NCBI GenBank assembly: GCA_049322255.1
Contig: JBMORE010000181.1
Location: forward strand, 1 to 54,413
Direction of reading: 5' to 3'
Source: Myxococcota bacterium
Lineage (GTDB): Bacteria; Myxococcota; Myxococcia; Myxococcales; Myxococcaceae
Length of the DNA stretch: 54,413 bases
This document shows positions 44,765 to 54,413 of the stretch, one piece after another. The notes under the pieces are model-generated. The model was not told where the DNA came from. It made no database searches and saw only the letters and a program-made list of their open reading frames with translations. The translations under genes were made by a program, and so were the position numbers. Numbering within the stretch: position 1 is the stretch's first letter; every line of letters starts with the position of its first letter.

Positions 44765-46036
44765 TTAGAAGCCTCCGTCCACCCGCTGCGAGCAGGGCGC
44801 GTGGCACGAATAGAGGTTACCGGCGCCTCCATCCGGGTTGGGGCCCCACTCGCAGTGGTTGGACTGGCACATCGAAGCATACGAGCAAAGCTCGCCGTTC
44901 GCTCGCCGTGGTGCGCAGGTGTAGGCCTGGTTGGGGGCGCTGAAGTCGCAGTAGTGGCTGGCGGCGCAGTCGAAGTAGCTGCCCTGGCTGGTGCAATCGC
45001 CGCCATCGGTCGGCAACGCGGTGCAGCGCGAGTTGCGCGCCAGACAAAAGAGCTCCTCTTGGCAGTCGCCGAAGCCGGTGCAGGGCTCTCCCTCCTTGCC
45101 CTTGGGAATGCAGGTGCCGGTTTGGTAAGTGCCCGAGCAGCGCAGGTTGGGAAGGCAGGAGCCAGGGCCGGTGCACACCCCACCCAGGCCCGCGCGTTTT
45201 TGACAGGTGCCCGGCGGAGCCGTTCCTCCCGGAGGCGCCGGTGCCTGGCGGCAAAAAGCGTCGGATTCGCACAAAGGATAGGGGCCGCTGGAGGCGCACG
45301 TCTCTCCCACTTGGGCGTAGAGGCGCACGCACTGGCTGCCGCTGCTCGAGTTGTAGCAGGTGAGACCCGCCCGGCATTCGCCGTAGCTGCACGCTTCACC
45401 TTCGCCTTTGGGCGGCGCGCAAAACTCCACCCCGCCGTCGGTCTGGCAGGTGCCCACCCCCGGCTCGCACAGCTGGCTGAAGGTGTCACAGGGCTCGCCC
45501 AGCTGGCGGTAGCGGTAACAGAAAAGGGGGCAGGTGTTGGTGTAGGGGAAGCAGTGCCCCTGGGCGTTGCACTCCTCGGGAAGGAGACAGCCGCCGTCGG
45601 GAGGCACCAGCCCTTGGAACACGCCCTCGCAGTCGGCGGGCGCCCCTTCGCAGCTCCCTTGGGCGTAGGCGTTGAGGCAGCGGCCGGCCTGGTCGGAGAG
45701 GTACTGCAGCCGGTTTCCTTCTGTCGCCGAGGTATACGCGCTCTGGTCGCACGAGAGCTTTTGGCGGAGCAAGCACGCGTCGAAGTGTGCGGGGTCGAGG
45801 AGGAGGCAGCGCACCTGCCGCGCGCACTCCGCCCAGCCCTTGCTGGCGCACCACTCCTCGATGGGCACCGCGCCGAAACCCGCGTCGATGGAAGGCCCCG
45901 CGTCGAAGGCTTCGCCGCCGTCGACGCCTCCGTCTTCCGGAAGGCCCGCGTCCTCGACAGGAGTGCCCGCGTCCTCCGCAGGCGGGGCGGAGCAGCCCCA
46001 GAGGCCGAAGACGAGGGTGAGGGCGAGGCGGCGCAT
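44765..46036 (-). CDS. Cys-rich repeat lipoprotein, paralog of 43357-44721
   Basis: Lipobox LWGC, DAG/DGG linker, LQYLSDQAGRC (cf. LRYDAQLAQSC), same Cys repeats. Confidence 0.8.
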   Translation of the reverse strand: MRRLALTLVFGLWGCSAPPAEDAGTPVEDAGLPEDGGVDGGEAFDAGPSIDAGFGAVPIEEWCASKGWAECARQVRCLLLDPAHFDACLLRQKLSCDQSAYTSATEGNRLQYLSDQAGRCLNAYAQGSCEGAPADCEGVFQGLVPPDGGCLLPEECNAQGHCFPYTNTCPLFCYRYRQLGEPCDTFSQLCEPGVGTCQTDGGVEFCAPPKGEGEACSYGECRAGLTCYNSSSGSQCVRLYAQVGETCASSGPYPLCESDAFCRQAPAPPGGTAPPGTCQKRAGLGGVCTGPGSCLPNLRCSGTYQTGTCIPKGKEGEPCTGFGDCQEELFCLARNSRCTALPTDGGDCTSQGSYFDCAASHYCDFSAPNQAYTCAPRRANGELCSYASMCQSNHCEWGPNPDGGAGNLYSCHAPCSQRVDGGF

Positions 46037-46088
46037 CACGAGGGCCGGGGAGACTACCCGATTCGCCCACCCCGGTGCGAAGCCAACG

Positions 46089-46858
46089 TCAGCGGCCGGA
46101 CGAAACTTGACGCCGCACCGAGATGAGCTCTCCCACGATGGACACTGCAATCTCCGCGGGGGTGAGGGCGTGAATCGGCACGCCCATCGGCGAGCGCACC
46201 CAGGACAGCTCCTTTTCGGTGAAGCCGGCGGCGAGCAGGCGCTGCTTGAAGCGCTCCGCCTTGCGGCGGCTGCCGATGACTCCCAGGTACGCCGCCGGCT
46301 TTCGCACCAGCGCCTCCAGGCAGGCTTGGTCGAGCGGGTGGTCGTGGGTGGTGACGCAGAAGTAACACTCCGGCCCTCCGGCAAGCTCGCGGGCCACCTC
46401 CGCCGGATGCCGGAGGAGGAGCTCGTCGACGTCGGCGAAGCGCTCGCGCGAGGCCCACTCGGCCCGCTCGTCCACCACCGACACCCAGAAACCCACCCGC
46501 TTGGCCAGCGCGGCCAGCTCGCGCGCGACGTGTCCGGCGCCGAACACCCACAGCCGCGCCGCGGCCGCGTGCTTTTCGAGGAAGACCTTCATCTTCCCCC
46601 CGCAGCACATGCCCAGGTCGTGGGTGAGGTGGGTCTCGAGGAGTCGCGAGGTGTCTGGGGAGTCGAAGAGCGCCAAGGCGGCGTCGATGATTTGCTTCTC
46701 GATGGCGCCTCCCCCCACCGTGCCGCGGGTGCTGCCGTCCATGAGCACCACCATCTTCGAGCCGGGCTTTTGCGGGGTGGAGCCCTGTGACTCCACCACC
46801 GTGGCGAGGACGAAGGCGCGTCCCTCGGCGGTCAACTGAGCGATGTCGGCGTAGAGGC

Positions 46859-46862
<4 letters not shown>
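46089..46862 (-). CDS. xdhC: Xanthine dehydrogenase accessory protein XdhC/CoxI
   Basis: [53 protein letters not shown]. Apparent CTG start overlapping the fumC stop. Confidence 0.9.
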
Positions 46863-48253
<1,391 letters not shown>

Positions 48254-48308
48254 GAGGCGGGGATCTAAGACACTCACGGCCTCGAGGCGAGCGTTCTCGT
48301 GGAGGTCA

Positions 48309-48617
48309 TCAGCGGTGTCCTGTGACGCCCTCGAGCAGAGCCCGGTAAACCCGCTCCAGCTCGGGGAGATAGCTCTTGATGTGAGCGTAAATCTCTTCTG
48401 CCAGCTCGCGCTTGTAAGTGTGTGACGTTCGATTGCGGTCATCGAGCATGGCGAGCCAGGTCTCCTCGTCGCGGATCCAGTACGCCTTGGCGAGATCGAT
48501 GTCCGAGCGAGGGAAGTTGTCCCCCCGCGCGCGCGAACCGAAGAGAACGATGCGCTGAACCTTCGGCGCCTGCGAGAAGGTAGACACGAGCTTGGAAATG
48601 GCCTCTGCCGGAGTCAT
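48309..48617 (-). pseudogene. In-frame fusion of MNT nucleotidyltransferase N-half and HI0074-type HEPN C-half (collapsed MNT-HEPN TA)
   Basis: [20 protein letters not shown] directly followed by [25 protein letters not shown] (RxxxxH); 102 aa in total. Confidence 0.75.
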
Positions 48618-48629
48618 GAGGGACCCAGC

Positions 48630-49241
48630 CTACGCCAGCTTGAGAAGGAGCGCTTCCAGCTCGACCAGCCGCTCGATGCGGGCGTCACCCTCGATGCCCA
48701 GCCCGACGAACCGCACTTGGGCGGCCTGAGCGGCCTCGCGGTCGAAACGTGAGTCCCCCACCATCCACGCATCGGTAGGAGAGATTTTCAGCGCTGCGCA
48801 GGCATGCAGCACCAGGTCGGGCGCCGGTTTGGCGTTCGGCACCAGGTCTGCGCACGACACCTGGTGCACCCGGGTGTCCAGCTGCGCCGCCTGGAGAATT
48901 CGCTCCGCCAGCGAGCTGACGGTATTGGTCACCACCGCCAACAAAAGTCCTCGCGCACAAAGCGCATCGAGCAGCGGCGCGGCCTCGGGGTTCACCCACA
49001 GCCCGTCGGCGTGGTGGAAGAACTCCTCCAAGTAGAACCGGTCGAGCTCCGCCGGGGTGCAACGCAGCGCAAAGGATGCGACGTCGGCCTCGGTGCCCTG
49101 GCCGAAGGTGGGAGAGAACTCCTCCCGGGTCACCAGCCGTCCCCGAAAGCGTCGCCCGGCCTCTTCCACCAGGCGAAACCACACCTCCTCGCTGCGCACC
49201 AGCACCCCGTCCATGTCGAAGAGCACTGCTTTTGCGCGCAT
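48630..49241 (-). CDS. HAD-superfamily hydrolase/phosphatase
   Basis: FDMDGVL, VVTN, KPAPD, MVGDS. Confidence 0.92.
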   Translation of the reverse strand: MRAKAVLFDMDGVLVRSEEVWFRLVEEAGRRFRGRLVTREEFSPTFGQGTEADVASFALRCTPAELDRFYLEEFFHHADGLWVNPEAAPLLDALCARGLLLAVVTNTVSSLAERILQAAQLDTRVHQVSCADLVPNAKPAPDLVLHACAALKISPTDAWMVGDSRFDREAAQAAQVRFVGLGIEGDARIERLVELEALLLKLA

Positions 49242-49297
49242 TCGTGTCTCTATAGCCCTCGCGCGGCTGCGGCGCGAACGGTAGCGTTGTCCTTCAA

Positions 49298-50803
49298 GTG
49301 GCCAAGACTCTCCTTCTCTCCGGGTTCGAGCTGCAGCAGGTCGACCTCCCCGACGACGCGCGCCTGTACTGGCCGCCGCTGCCCTTGCCCGGCCTGGAGC
49401 GCTTCGGCGACGTCGCTGCCCGCGCCCTCGACGAGCCGGTGGGAGGAGAGCCGCTCGTTTCGCTGCTCTCTTCGAGCACGAAGGTGTGCGTGGTCCTCGA
49501 CGACCCTTCGCTGCCGGTGCCGATGGCGTTTCGAGACTGCCGTCAGGAAATGCTCGAGGCGGTGCTGGAGGTGTGCGCTGCCAAGAGGGTGCGCCCCGAC
49601 CGCATCACCGTGCTGGTGGCCAACGGCCTCAACCGGCAATGGCGCCACGCCGAGCTTGCCGAGTGGCTCTCGCCGCAGACGCTCGCGCGGGTGGGGGTGC
49701 GCTGCCACGACGCGGAGGCGGGGAGCGAGCTGTTGCGCCTGGGCGAAGAGCCGGAAGGACCGGTCGAGCTTCACCGCGCGGTGGTGGAGGCCGACCTGGT
49801 GGTGCACTTGAGCGTGGTGTCGATGCCGCTGCTCGCCGGGCCGATGGGGTTGGTGGGGGGTGTCGCCGGCTATCGCACCGCGCGCTTTTTGTGCGCGCCG
49901 AACCTGTTCGTCGATGACCCCTCGCCGCTGGTACCCGGCTCCAAGTACCACCAGGCGCACCTGGCGGTGGCCAAGCATCTTTTCGCCCGGACGCGGGTGG
50001 TGCAGCTTGCCGCGGTGCTCAACACCCAGCTGTGGACGAGCGCGCTCTCGGCGCTGCTTCGCAGCGACGGCGAGCTCACCCGGCCCTTGCAGATGTGGAA
50101 CGCGCTGCCTGCGGCGGTACGTCACCGCGCCGCCCGCCTGGTGAAAGCCAGCTACCGGCCGATCGCCGCCCTCTTCGGCTCGCCGGATGAGGTGGCGCCG
50201 CGCGCGCGCGAAGTCTTCTTGCGCCAGCACGAGGTGGAGGCCGACGGGCCCGCGGACGTGGTGGTCTTCGGGCTGCCGGACATCGGCCCCTACTCAGTGC
50301 GCACCGCCCAGAATCCGGTGCTCGCCGCCCACCTCGCCTTGGGGCTGGTCGCCAATCTCTTCAGCGAGCAGCCTCTTTTGCGGCCGGGGGGAGTCCTCAT
50401 CTTCGCCAACCCGCTCACCCCGGTGTTCGACCGCCACGCGCACCTGGCGCACGAGGAGTTCTACGAGAAGGTCTTACGTTTGGAGCGAGACCCGTTGGCC
50501 ATCCACGAGCGCTTCGAGCCGTACTTCGCCGGCCGGCCGGAGCTCATCTCCAGCTACCAGCGCCGCTTTGCCTTCCACGGCACCCACCCGCTCTACCTCT
50601 GGTATCAGTGCACTCCGGCGCGCAAGCGCGCGGGCAGAATCATCGTCGCGCACGGAGACCCGCGGGCGTGCGCGCGGCTGGGCTTCATGCCCGCCACCGA
50701 CGTGTCCGACGCGCTGGTGAAGGCCAAAGACTTCCTCGGACAGAGCCAGCCGTCGGTCGCCGTCCTCCAGCTGCCGCCACCGTTTTTCGTGCGAGTTGGT
50801 TAG
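49298..50803 (+). CDS. LarA-like (DUF2088) protein
   Basis: ALDEPVG.PL, VLDDPSLPVP, VANGLNR, HDAE, VVEADLVV, GGVLI; catalytic motifs look degenerate. Confidence 0.7.
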   Translation: MAKTLLLSGFELQQVDLPDDARLYWPPLPLPGLERFGDVAARALDEPVGGEPLVSLLSSSTKVCVVLDDPSLPVPMAFRDCRQEMLEAVLEVCAAKRVRPDRITVLVANGLNRQWRHAELAEWLSPQTLARVGVRCHDAEAGSELLRLGEEPEGPVELHRAVVEADLVVHLSVVSMPLLAGPMGLVGGVAGYRTARFLCAPNLFVDDPSPLVPGSKYHQAHLAVAKHLFARTRVVQLAAVLNTQLWTSALSALLRSDGELTRPLQMWNALPAAVRHRAARLVKASYRPIAALFGSPDEVAPRAREVFLRQHEVEADGPADVVVFGLPDIGPYSVRTAQNPVLAAHLALGLVANLFSEQPLLRPGGVLIFANPLTPVFDRHAHLAHEEFYEKVLRLERDPLAIHERFEPYFAGRPELISSYQRRFAFHGTHPLYLWYQCTPARKRAGRIIVAHGDPRACARLGFMPATDVSDALVKAKDFLGQSQPSVAVLQLPPPFFVRVG

Positions 50804-51807
50804 GGCCTCATCGGCAGCGCCAAGACGGTGGCCTCGCCGCCGTCGGGGTGCACCAAGAGCCGGGTGCCCACCTCGGCGTGTTGGCGGTGGACGTAGGCGA
50901 GAGCGACGTGGCCTCCCAGTGCGGGCGACCAGACCACCGAGCGCACCGAGCCCACCTTCTTCTCTTGGGCGAAGAGCTCGGCGCACGCCGACGGCGGCGA
51001 AGCTCCCAGGAAGAGGCCCACCAGGCGGCGGTTGACCTGGCCGCGGAAGGTGGCGCGGGCGATGACCTCTTGGCCCACGTAGCAGCCCTTGTCGTAGCTG
51101 ATGGCGCGCTCGAGGTTGGCCTCGAGGGGAATGGTGTCCTCGTCGAGCTCTTGGCCGTAGCGCGGCACGCCCTCCTCCACCCGCACGCGCTCGAAGGCGT
51201 CGAATCCGGCGGGGGTGACTCCTGGCGCGGCGAGGAGCGCGTGTGCCACGGGGACGAGCTTTTCGCGCGGACCCAGTAGGTCCACGCCAGGGAGGGAAGG
51301 CAAAAGGCAAGACGTCCGCAGGAGCTCGTCGCTGCTGGGAAGGGCGGCGCCGGCGATGTCAGAGGCCCTGGGCCCCAACAAGCTCAAGACACCCCAGTCG
51401 AGCGAGTGGAGCTCCGCCTCTTCGGAGACGAGGTGGCGCTGAAGGAAGTCCATCGCCCGCTGACCGGCGCCTGGCTCCAAGTCGAGGAGCACATCTTCGG
51501 AGCGGCGGAAGATGCGCGCGTCGGCCACCAGTGCGCCTTTGGGGGTGAGCATCGTCGCGTAGAGGGAGCCCCCCACGGGCAGGCGAGCGATGTCGTTGCT
51601 CACCATTCCTTGCAGGAAGCTCACCCGGTCTTCGCCGGTGACGCAGAGCATCTCCCGAAAGCCGAGGTCCAAGAGGGCGCAGCCTTCCCGTGCGGCGCGG
51701 TACTCGGCGTCGACGTCGCCATAAGTAGCGACGAGCTCCTTGCCCGCAAGCTCGCCGAAGGTAGCGCCGAGGCGTTGGTGGATCGAATGCAGCGCGAGCG
51801 CTTTCAC
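50800..51807 (-). CDS. ygfZ: YgfZ/GcvT-family folate-binding protein
   Basis: GEDRVSFLQGMVSND, LTPKG, ISYDKGCYVGQEVIAR. Confidence 0.9.
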   Translation of the reverse strand: MKALALHSIHQRLGATFGELAGKELVATYGDVDAEYRAAREGCALLDLGFREMLCVTGEDRVSFLQGMVSNDIARLPVGGSLYATMLTPKGALVADARIFRRSEDVLLDLEPGAGQRAMDFLQRHLVSEEAELHSLDWGVLSLLGPRASDIAGAALPSSDELLRTSCLLPSLPGVDLLGPREKLVPVAHALLAAPGVTPAGFDAFERVRVEEGVPRYGQELDEDTIPLEANLERAISYDKGCYVGQEVIARATFRGQVNRRLVGLFLGASPPSACAELFAQEKKVGSVRSVVWSPALGGHVALAYVHRQHAEVGTRLLVHPDGGEATVLALPMRP

Positions 51808-51900
51808 AGCTCGTATATAAGGGGGCGGCGGGCGGCGGACACAAGGTCGGAACGAACGCGTTGCACAACCTGTTCGCGAGATGATTCCTTCGTCTTCCCC

Positions 51901-53298
51901 ATGAGCAAGAAGACCACGCCCCCGGCTCCCAGCTTCCCGCCCGTCGCCGTGGCCTTGCTTTTGTCGGCCAGCGTCGCCGAGGCTCTGCTCGCCCTCTATC
52001 AGTGGATGGAGCTCTTGGCGGTGCGCGCGGGCGCCACCCCGCTGTGCGCGTTCTCGGAGACGTTGAACTGCGCCACCGTGTGGAGCTCCGACTTCGCCGC
52101 GCGGGTGCACGCATTGACCGGCATGCCGGTGGCGGCGCTGGGTCTGGTGTGGGGGCTGACCGCCTTCGGAGTGACGGCGGTGCTCGTCCACCGGGCGCTC
52201 AAAGAGGGTGAGCTTTCCGCACCCATCGCCGCGGTCAAGCTGGTGGCGGCCGCCGGAGTGCTTTCTTGCGTCAGCTTCGCGGTGGCCAGCTTTCGCACCG
52301 GAGCCGTGTGCGTCGCTTGCTTGGCCACCTACGCCCTGGTGGCTGCCTTTGCGCTGGCTGCCTTCCGGCTCCTTCCCGGGCCTGCCTTGCCCTCGGGAGG
52401 CGCGCTCAAGTCGGCGCTGGCGCTGGCGGTCGCCGTGCTCCTTCCTGTGTACCTGGCGCTGCTCTACCCGGGTCTGAAGACGCCCACCGGGAGGGGGAGC
52501 GCGCTGCCGGCGCCACCGCCTTCGGCCAACAACGCGGGTGGGGCGCCGGCTTCGGAGTCGGACAAGAAGCTCGCCGAGTTTCTCCAGTCGCTCCCCTGGG
52601 CCGAACAGCAGGCGGTGAGCGACTTCATGGCGCACTACAAGGCATCTGCTCCGCGCGACACCTCGCGCTTCGTTCCTCGGCAGCGCCTGGGGCCAGCGAG
52701 CGCTCCCATGCAGCTGGTGGAGTTCACCGACATTCGGTGTGGGCACTGCCGAGCGCTGGTCGAGCTGTTGAGCCAGCTTCGGCGGGCGGTGCCGGAAGGG
52801 AAGATGTCCATCGAGCCCCGTTACCTACCGCTCGACTCGGAGTGCAACAAAGCGATGCCTCACAGCGACGGCAGCGGGATTTCCTGTCTGGGGGCCAAGG
52901 CGCAAATCTGTCTGGAGGGCGCGCCCGACTTCTGGGAGCTGCGCGACAAGCTTTTCGCCGCCCAGCCCGATTTGAGCAAGGACCGCATCCTCTCCATCGC
53001 CTCCTCCGGCTCGGTGAGCCGCGAAAAGCTCACGGCCTGTATCGAGAGCCCCGAGACGCAGAAGAAGCTCGAGGAGGACATCTCCTACGCGATGCTCTAC
53101 CAGCCGCAGGGCACGCCGCTGGTGTTGGTCAACGGTCGCGAGGGCGGCCCAGTGGCTTCCTGGCTCTATGCGATGGCGATGACTGGCGCCAACCCCGAGT
53201 CGCCCGCGTTTTCGAAGCTGCCTCCGCCCAGGCCGATGCGGGGGCAGGCGCACGACCACGACCACGGCGAGCATGCCGCCGACGACCACCCGCACTGA
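51901..53298 (+). CDS. VKOR-DsbA fusion (disulfide bond formation)
   Basis: CAFSETLNCATVWSS, CVAC, TM helices; VEFTDIRCGHC, GTP..VNG; His-rich tail. Confidence 0.9.
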   Translation: MSKKTTPPAPSFPPVAVALLLSASVAEALLALYQWMELLAVRAGATPLCAFSETLNCATVWSSDFAARVHALTGMPVAALGLVWGLTAFGVTAVLVHRALKEGELSAPIAAVKLVAAAGVLSCVSFAVASFRTGAVCVACLATYALVAAFALAAFRLLPGPALPSGGALKSALALAVAVLLPVYLALLYPGLKTPTGRGSALPAPPPSANNAGGAPASESDKKLAEFLQSLPWAEQQAVSDFMAHYKASAPRDTSRFVPRQRLGPASAPMQLVEFTDIRCGHCRALVELLSQLRRAVPEGKMSIEPRYLPLDSECNKAMPHSDGSGISCLGAKAQICLEGAPDFWELRDKLFAAQPDLSKDRILSIASSGSVSREKLTACIESPETQKKLEEDISYAMLYQPQGTPLVLVNGREGGPVASWLYAMAMTGANPESPAFSKLPPPRPMRGQAHDHDHGEHAADDHPH

Positions 53299-53300
53299 CG

Positions 53301-53648
53301 ATGGGTGGGGACGGCGAGAAGCCCTTCAACAATCCCTTCGCCGCGCTCCAGACCAAGCGTGACGAGTTACCAGCGGGGCCCGCGCCCAAAGAGAAAGCGC
53401 CCCCGCCCGGGCCAGCGCGCGCCGTGGTGCGGCTGGAGCGCAAAGGACGCGGGGGGAAGGAAGTGACGGTGGTGGAAAAGCTCGAGCTTCGCCCGAAGGA
53501 GCTCGAAACCTGGCTCAAGGCGCTCAAGCAGGCGCTGGGCTGCGGAGGAGTGGTGGAGGGCGGGGCGCTGGTACTTCAGGGCGACCAGCGAGAGCGGCTG
53601 CCGGTGTTGCTGGAAGCGCGGGGAGTGCAGAAGGTGGTGCGCGGCTGA
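53301..53648 (+). CDS. yciH: SUI1/YciH translation initiation factor
   Basis: ERKGRGGKEVTVV, LKQALGCGGVV, LQGDQR. Confidence 0.9.
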   Translation: MGGDGEKPFNNPFAALQTKRDELPAGPAPKEKAPPPGPARAVVRLERKGRGGKEVTVVEKLELRPKELETWLKALKQALGCGGVVEGGALVLQGDQRERLPVLLEARGVQKVVRG

Positions 53649-53663
53649 AGGCTCCACACAGCA

Positions 53664-54047
53664 TCAGATCTTCTCGATCGCCACGGTCGTATCCAGCCGG
53701 CGAATGTCGGCCACATCCGATGTGACGATGATGGCGCGATGCCTAAGCGCCGACACGACTAGGGATGCGTCGATCACATCGGCGGTCTTGGCCCTCCCGC
53801 AAAGCACCCCGCAGGCGCGCGCATCCTCCTCGTGCAGTGCCTCCACCGTGATGGACGGAGAGCTTAACAGCCTGGCGATCCGAGCTTGCCGCGCGCCACC
53901 GCGCCAGACCTGAGCGATTACCCCTACCGGCACTACGATCAACGCTCTGCCGCGAGTCCCGAGATCCAACAATGCACGGATTCGCCCCTCCGCCCTCTCC
54001 AGCGCGATCAGCGCTCCGGAGTCAAGGACTAGACTCCGAGGACGCAT
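53664..54047 (-). CDS. PIN-domain (VapC-like) toxin
   Basis: LVLDSGALIALER, VIAQVWRG, DVIDASLV, IVTSDVADI. Confidence 0.85.
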   Translation of the reverse strand: MRPRSLVLDSGALIALERAEGRIRALLDLGTRGRALIVVPVGVIAQVWRGGARQARIARLLSSPSITVEALHEEDARACGVLCGRAKTADVIDASLVVSALRHRAIIVTSDVADIRRLDTTVAIEKI

Positions 54048-54256
54048 CGCGCCCATTCGTAGTCCTCCGTGGAAGGCTGGCCATGCTCAGCATTCATTTC
54101 TGCGAGCAGGCGCTTCATCTCGTCCGCGCGACTCCGTGACCGCGCCGCCTCGGCGAAATAGGCGCTCACCGAAGTGGCCCTCTTTGCGCGCACCGCGCGC
54201 TTTGCGGCGGCCAGGATCTCCTCAGGAACCGTGATGGCTATTCGTGCCTTGCTCAT
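54029..54256 (-). CDS. Ribbon-helix-helix antitoxin for the PIN toxin
   Basis: MSKARIAITVPEEILAAAKRAV..SVSAYFAEA; overlaps the toxin gene. Confidence 0.8.
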   Translation of the reverse strand: MSKARIAITVPEEILAAAKRAVRAKRATSVSAYFAEAARSRSRADEMKRLLAEMNAEHGQPSTEDYEWARCVLGV

Positions 54257-54291
54257 ACTTTTATCATACGAATCCCCAACGGGTGCCGCAA
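54257..54291 (-). promoter_or_regulatory. Leaderless sigma70-type promoter of the RHH-PIN operon
   Basis: TTGCGG-17 nt-TATGAT-6 nt-ATG; tandem GTATGA repeats over the -10 and the start codon. Confidence 0.6.
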
Positions 54292-54386
54292 CAGCTGGAA
54301 TCAACTGGGTTCTTGAGCGGAGAAATGCCGGGATGCCTTGTTCCCTCCCTGTTCGATGAGTCGGTGCCTCTGGTATACGCCGAGCG

Positions 54387-54413
54387 ATGAAGGCCGGCGG
54401 TTGCGCATGCGGC
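54387..54413 (+). CDS. Probable 5' end of a GFA/CENP-V family protein (partial)
   Basis: MKAGGCACG matches the GxCxCG start of GFA proteins; TGGTATACG lies upstream. Only 9 codons are visible. Confidence 0.5.

Overview
GC-rich, densely coding chromosomal segment that looks myxobacterial (MYXO-CTERM-like tails, Cys-rich lipoproteins, a giant TPR protein, FHA proteins); the taxonomy is inferred from gene content only. The housekeeping backbone has argC-argB, an astA-like gene, queC, a D-Ala-D-Ala dipeptidase, fumC-xdhC, a ygfZ-like gene, VKOR-DsbA, SUI1/YciH, DedA and M20/S1 peptidases. Small accessory cassettes are interspersed: three type II TA pairs (AbrB-PIN, RHH-RelE, RHH-PIN), one intact and two broken AAA_14/DUF4143 ATPase genes, and an MNT-HEPN TA remnant collapsed into one in-frame ORF. 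Most unusual items: (i) a chemoreceptor with a C-terminal, apparently cytoplasmic, family-5 peptide-binding domain; (ii) a 5-gene block (23.6-29.1 kb) with two divergent single-CxxCH proteins and an FHA-wHTH / vWA-FHA pair; (iii) a REP-like hairpin inserted in frame in the 3.2-kaa TPR gene; (iv) palindromic operators over leaderless promoters of the ATPase/TA cassettes, and internal deletions in two cassettes; (v) an uncalled 43-aa zinc-ribbon ORF. No rRNA, tRNA, CRISPR array, transposase or integrase was seen. Family calls come from motif recognition by eye; no database search was run.
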